DNA of 64,000 nt, taken from NCBI GenBank assembly GCA_002633005.1, contig NMRA01000001.1, positions 2,335,795 through 2,399,794 on the forward strand, given 5' to 3'. How positions within the stretch are numbered: the first letter of the stretch is position 1; each line of letters begins with the position of its first letter. Below, one piece after another: positions 60,754 through 64,000 of this stretch. The position numbers and the translations under genes were made by a program. Under the pieces are notes generated by a model. That model saw nothing but the letters and a program-made list of their open reading frames with translations, was not told where the DNA came from and did not search any database. The DNA is from Phoronis australis. Taxonomy: Eukaryota > Animalia > Phoronida.

Positions 60754-63597
60754 CGTGTTCTATCCAACATTAAAAAACATGTTATGTTCCTACATTCTTG
60801 ATCGACACGTTTCAGTGAAATTTGAAAAACTGAAAGGTCACCAGGTGAATCAATGTCAACAAACTAATACCATTTTATGGGTAGTAACACTTACATTAGT
60901 GTATAAATAGGCACTTGGTTACATTTCCAATAAAACTGTGCTACTCATTTCCCCCTGTTTGATCGACCACTTCCAGTTTGATGATTTATGAAACACCAAC
61001 AAAGAATTGACAAATGCTATTAGTCGTCTCAATGTTTTACTTAAAACTCTCACTTTTCGTTATATTAAATGGAAAGGCGACTCCTTATCATGCGAAACAT
61101 TCTAGTTCAGCACGAATCGTGTTTAATTTCCATTTTAGCTCTGAAGTTATCACATAAATACTCCATAAACACTTACCTACTCTCCACCCGAATTGAAGTT
61201 CAGTAAATACCAAGTCGTTAACACATGAACAATCACTTCACGGCTCACTGGACCCTTTCTTGTTGTTTTACGGTGTCACCACCCATTGGATATTTGTGTG
61301 TGACCTCTATAAAGCGAACTTCACTGAATCAAGTCACTCAGCAGGATGTTGCCTGACAATGAGTTCGTTTGGGCGTGTACAAAATAATGTGACCACGTGA
61401 CGTCTCTGTCAGGGGTGTGCTTGAATGAATCCAGTGACAATACGTACCAAATTTAACCCTAAAAATGGCAACTCCCTTGTTTTCGTCAAGATTTTTTTTC
61501 ATTTTTCACCATATCAAAATCATTGCCGAAAGAATTATTTACTTATTTTTTCAAGGCCACGAAAACCATCACCTGTTGACTTTATGAACACCGAAGCAGG
61601 TGTTTGATTTAACATTCGTGTCATTAACTCAAACTCATCAGATTCATACAGGGAGTGCTCGCTTCTCAGAAATAGGTAAATAGTGTAAAAAGCATGCACA
61701 GGCTGATACATGGTTTTCCGTATGAGCCAGGCTATTAGACCTGAAATAAAACACTAAAGCGGCTAAATACCCTGCTTACGTCACGAAAACAGAGTTTGAT
61801 TTAGGCCACTAGTACCTTTATGATATTTGTCTTTTAAGAATTTGAAAATTCTTCGTTAGTCAAAATGGGTGTGAGTTCTGGGCTTGGAAGGAGCTGAAGG
61901 TGTTATTGCTTGAGGCCAGACTCTTCCAGTTGACTTGTCACGGCGTGTCATTTTATTCGCCGAGTCTGGTCTCTCGAGCAATAACGAACTGTCAGTTCCT
62001 TGGAACACCAAAAATTACTTCTCATTGGAGTGAGGAGCACGTTGATAACGGCAAGTGGTCTAAATCAAAACAAGTTTCTGTAACGAAGCGTGGGTTTATT
62101 CGTTCGTTAATACACTCGCTCAGATATCGTCAAAAGGCATTACATCTAGGCATGTTGTATACATACACTTAATTACAATATAAAGACATGTACACATTCA
62201 TGTGGAAATACAATAAAACTTGAAAATGCAATTTATCATCTATTACTAGAGCAGAAAGTTATAAAAACCTGGAAAGAAAACAAGTCATTCATGAGATCCA
62301 AATGACAGAATGAGATTAGGACACCCTAGAAATTTGAGCTTGGTCGAGTTATTATGACGAGTTATTAACTACAACTACAATGACATGGCTGCTTGTAATT
62401 CAAGATGTCTCACTATCGAATACTTGGAAATATTCTAAAGAACAAATGGTTCTCCTTAAGCTGAAGTCCAGTTTGAAGACACATTTAACAAATTGTGCCC
62501 AACTTGACTGCATTTAAAAAACGCTGTTAAATTTTTGTTGAGCTCGCAATCTTATGGTGTTTTGAGATGCAAACTTTTGTCAGAGGTAATATCCGTAACA
62601 GGATCAGGGATTTTTAAGCGAAGAAATCGATTGAGTATTTTCATATTGCAAAGTAACAAATTCCAGTTCATGGTGCATACAATGATTGTAACTTTCTTAG
62701 TCGGATGGAGGAATTCATGTTTAGTGTAGTTCTCGTGTTACATAATAATCAAATGGTGTTTTTTGATATCTTGTGGATTTTTTGAAAATAGTTTACATGA
62801 GTAGATGGACACATGAATATACGATACGTCTGCCTGATAGTTTGCCCCAGATCAAACATTTGAGTACTTTGTGACTGTATTCAAGCCTTTATGTGTATAC
62901 CTAAGCAGCTTGATAATAAAGATTTTCGAGATGATGGACTGAGAGAACTAACGTTATTAGATTAGCAAATTTTGAGCCTGGAAAACAACTGGTTTGAGGG
63001 CGGTGTAAAGAAGACTTTTTGAATCTAGGCCTACAAATCCTTCCCTGAATAACTCTGGATGAGCGAGATCCAATCTGGAGAGGGCATTCACTCACTACCC
63101 AACAGAGGTCGCGTCAGTACAGTTTCACAAGAAAGAAAAATGAGGCGGGGAAAATCTGAGACCGCAAGTTGGCTACCTTCTGTAGAACTAGAGGACAGTC
63201 ACTGCCTGATCCCCGTAACGTAAAGTTTTAACAAGGTACGTCCGGCTGAAATATTCGTAATTAGTTATACTGTTCAAGTGATTTCGCAATAATGTGCGTA
63301 AGATGGGACAAAGCATGAATCTCAAGACGAGTAGAGTTGAGATTTCTAGAAACCAGTTCCACTAGTCGCACAAAATAGGTTATAGGGCACTTACAGAAAA
63401 CAACACTTGTATATTGTGATTTGGTGCTGCGATGCTATTTAAATCATATATTTTACACTGTTATGAACTTAAGCTTTGAAATTTGAATTTGCCATTACGA
63501 AATTATTGCTGTGACCGGCTCATCTCTTCTAAACCAATGCCACTCGTCCAAAAGGTCCTCTGTTGTCATGTGTGGTTTGGTATGGTCTTTTATTGAA

Positions 63598-63600
<3 letters not shown>

Positions 63601-63675
<75 letters not shown>
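63601..63675. repeat. (CTG)25 perfect microsatellite
   Basis: 25 uninterrupted CTG units. Confidence 0.97.
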
Positions 63676-63679
<4 letters not shown>

Positions 63680-63863
63680 TTTCACTGGATATGCATCATT
63701 CCTAAGAGGTAAGCCTACAATAGGCATACTCATTTTTATCAGGTCAAATCAGTTTTCCGGTTCACTGCAAAAGTTTGTCGTTCAATTTGAACGTTCATTT
63801 GCTAAATGCATGAGCATGTGATGAACGCGACCCGGTCAAGCTAACCTATGTTTACATCATTAA

Positions 63864-64000
63864 ACAGTGGGGGGTTCAGGGGGTTTAACCCCCCCCCTTG
63901 GGCCAGGACCCAAAGATAAAAAAACGTCTCCAGCAAAACAAAAACGGCATCGCTAGCGTGTGTAAACCTCAAGTAAACCAACTTGGAAAAAATTGAGGGG
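63864..64000. mobile_element. Probable left end of another hAT-like MITE, truncated by the window edge
   Basis: CAGTGGGGGGTTCAGGGGGTTTAACCCCCCCCC resembles the G/C hairpin termini of the 16760 and 19373 elements. Confidence 0.4.

Noticed and set aside
60553-60910. Asp-rich and Met-rich ORFs
   Set aside because: By-products of the (GAT)n microsatellite.
63511-63705. Poly-Leu ORF
   Set aside because: It is a translation of the (CTG)25 microsatellite with no supporting gene structure.

Overview
Eukaryotic (invertebrate animal) genomic DNA: AT-rich, spliceosomal GT-AG introns, dense interspersed repeats, two N-gaps. Most ORF-track entries are noise, and the real genes had to be built from exons by hand. 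Supported genes: (1) a 9-exon AHSA1/Aha1 Hsp90 co-chaperone gene (4186-14085, +, 340 aa) head-to-head with an unidentified minus-strand gene that runs off the window start; (2) an intronless 367-aa ORF (23889-24992); (3) a 2-exon secreted PAN/Apple+TSP1 protein (-); (4) an intronless repeat+pseudokinase reading frame broken by one in-frame TGA and by loss of the C-lobe frame; (5) two tandem paralogous signal-peptide-less Sushi-TM genes (-) with matching exon phases. Repeats: a Kolobok derivative with TTAA TSDs, four CA..TG MITEs with 5-bp TSDs (hAT5-like), an ISL2EU-like remnant with convergent SAP and THAP starts, several Helentron-type (HINE/DINE-1-like) elements, fold-back MITEs, mini/microsatellites and a probable haplotype-duplication artefact. 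I see no prokaryotic-type system (no CRISPR, no operon). The best candidates for undescribed biology are the Sushi-TM pair, the PAN-TSP1 minigene and the pseudokinase. No database search was possible, so novelty is unverified.
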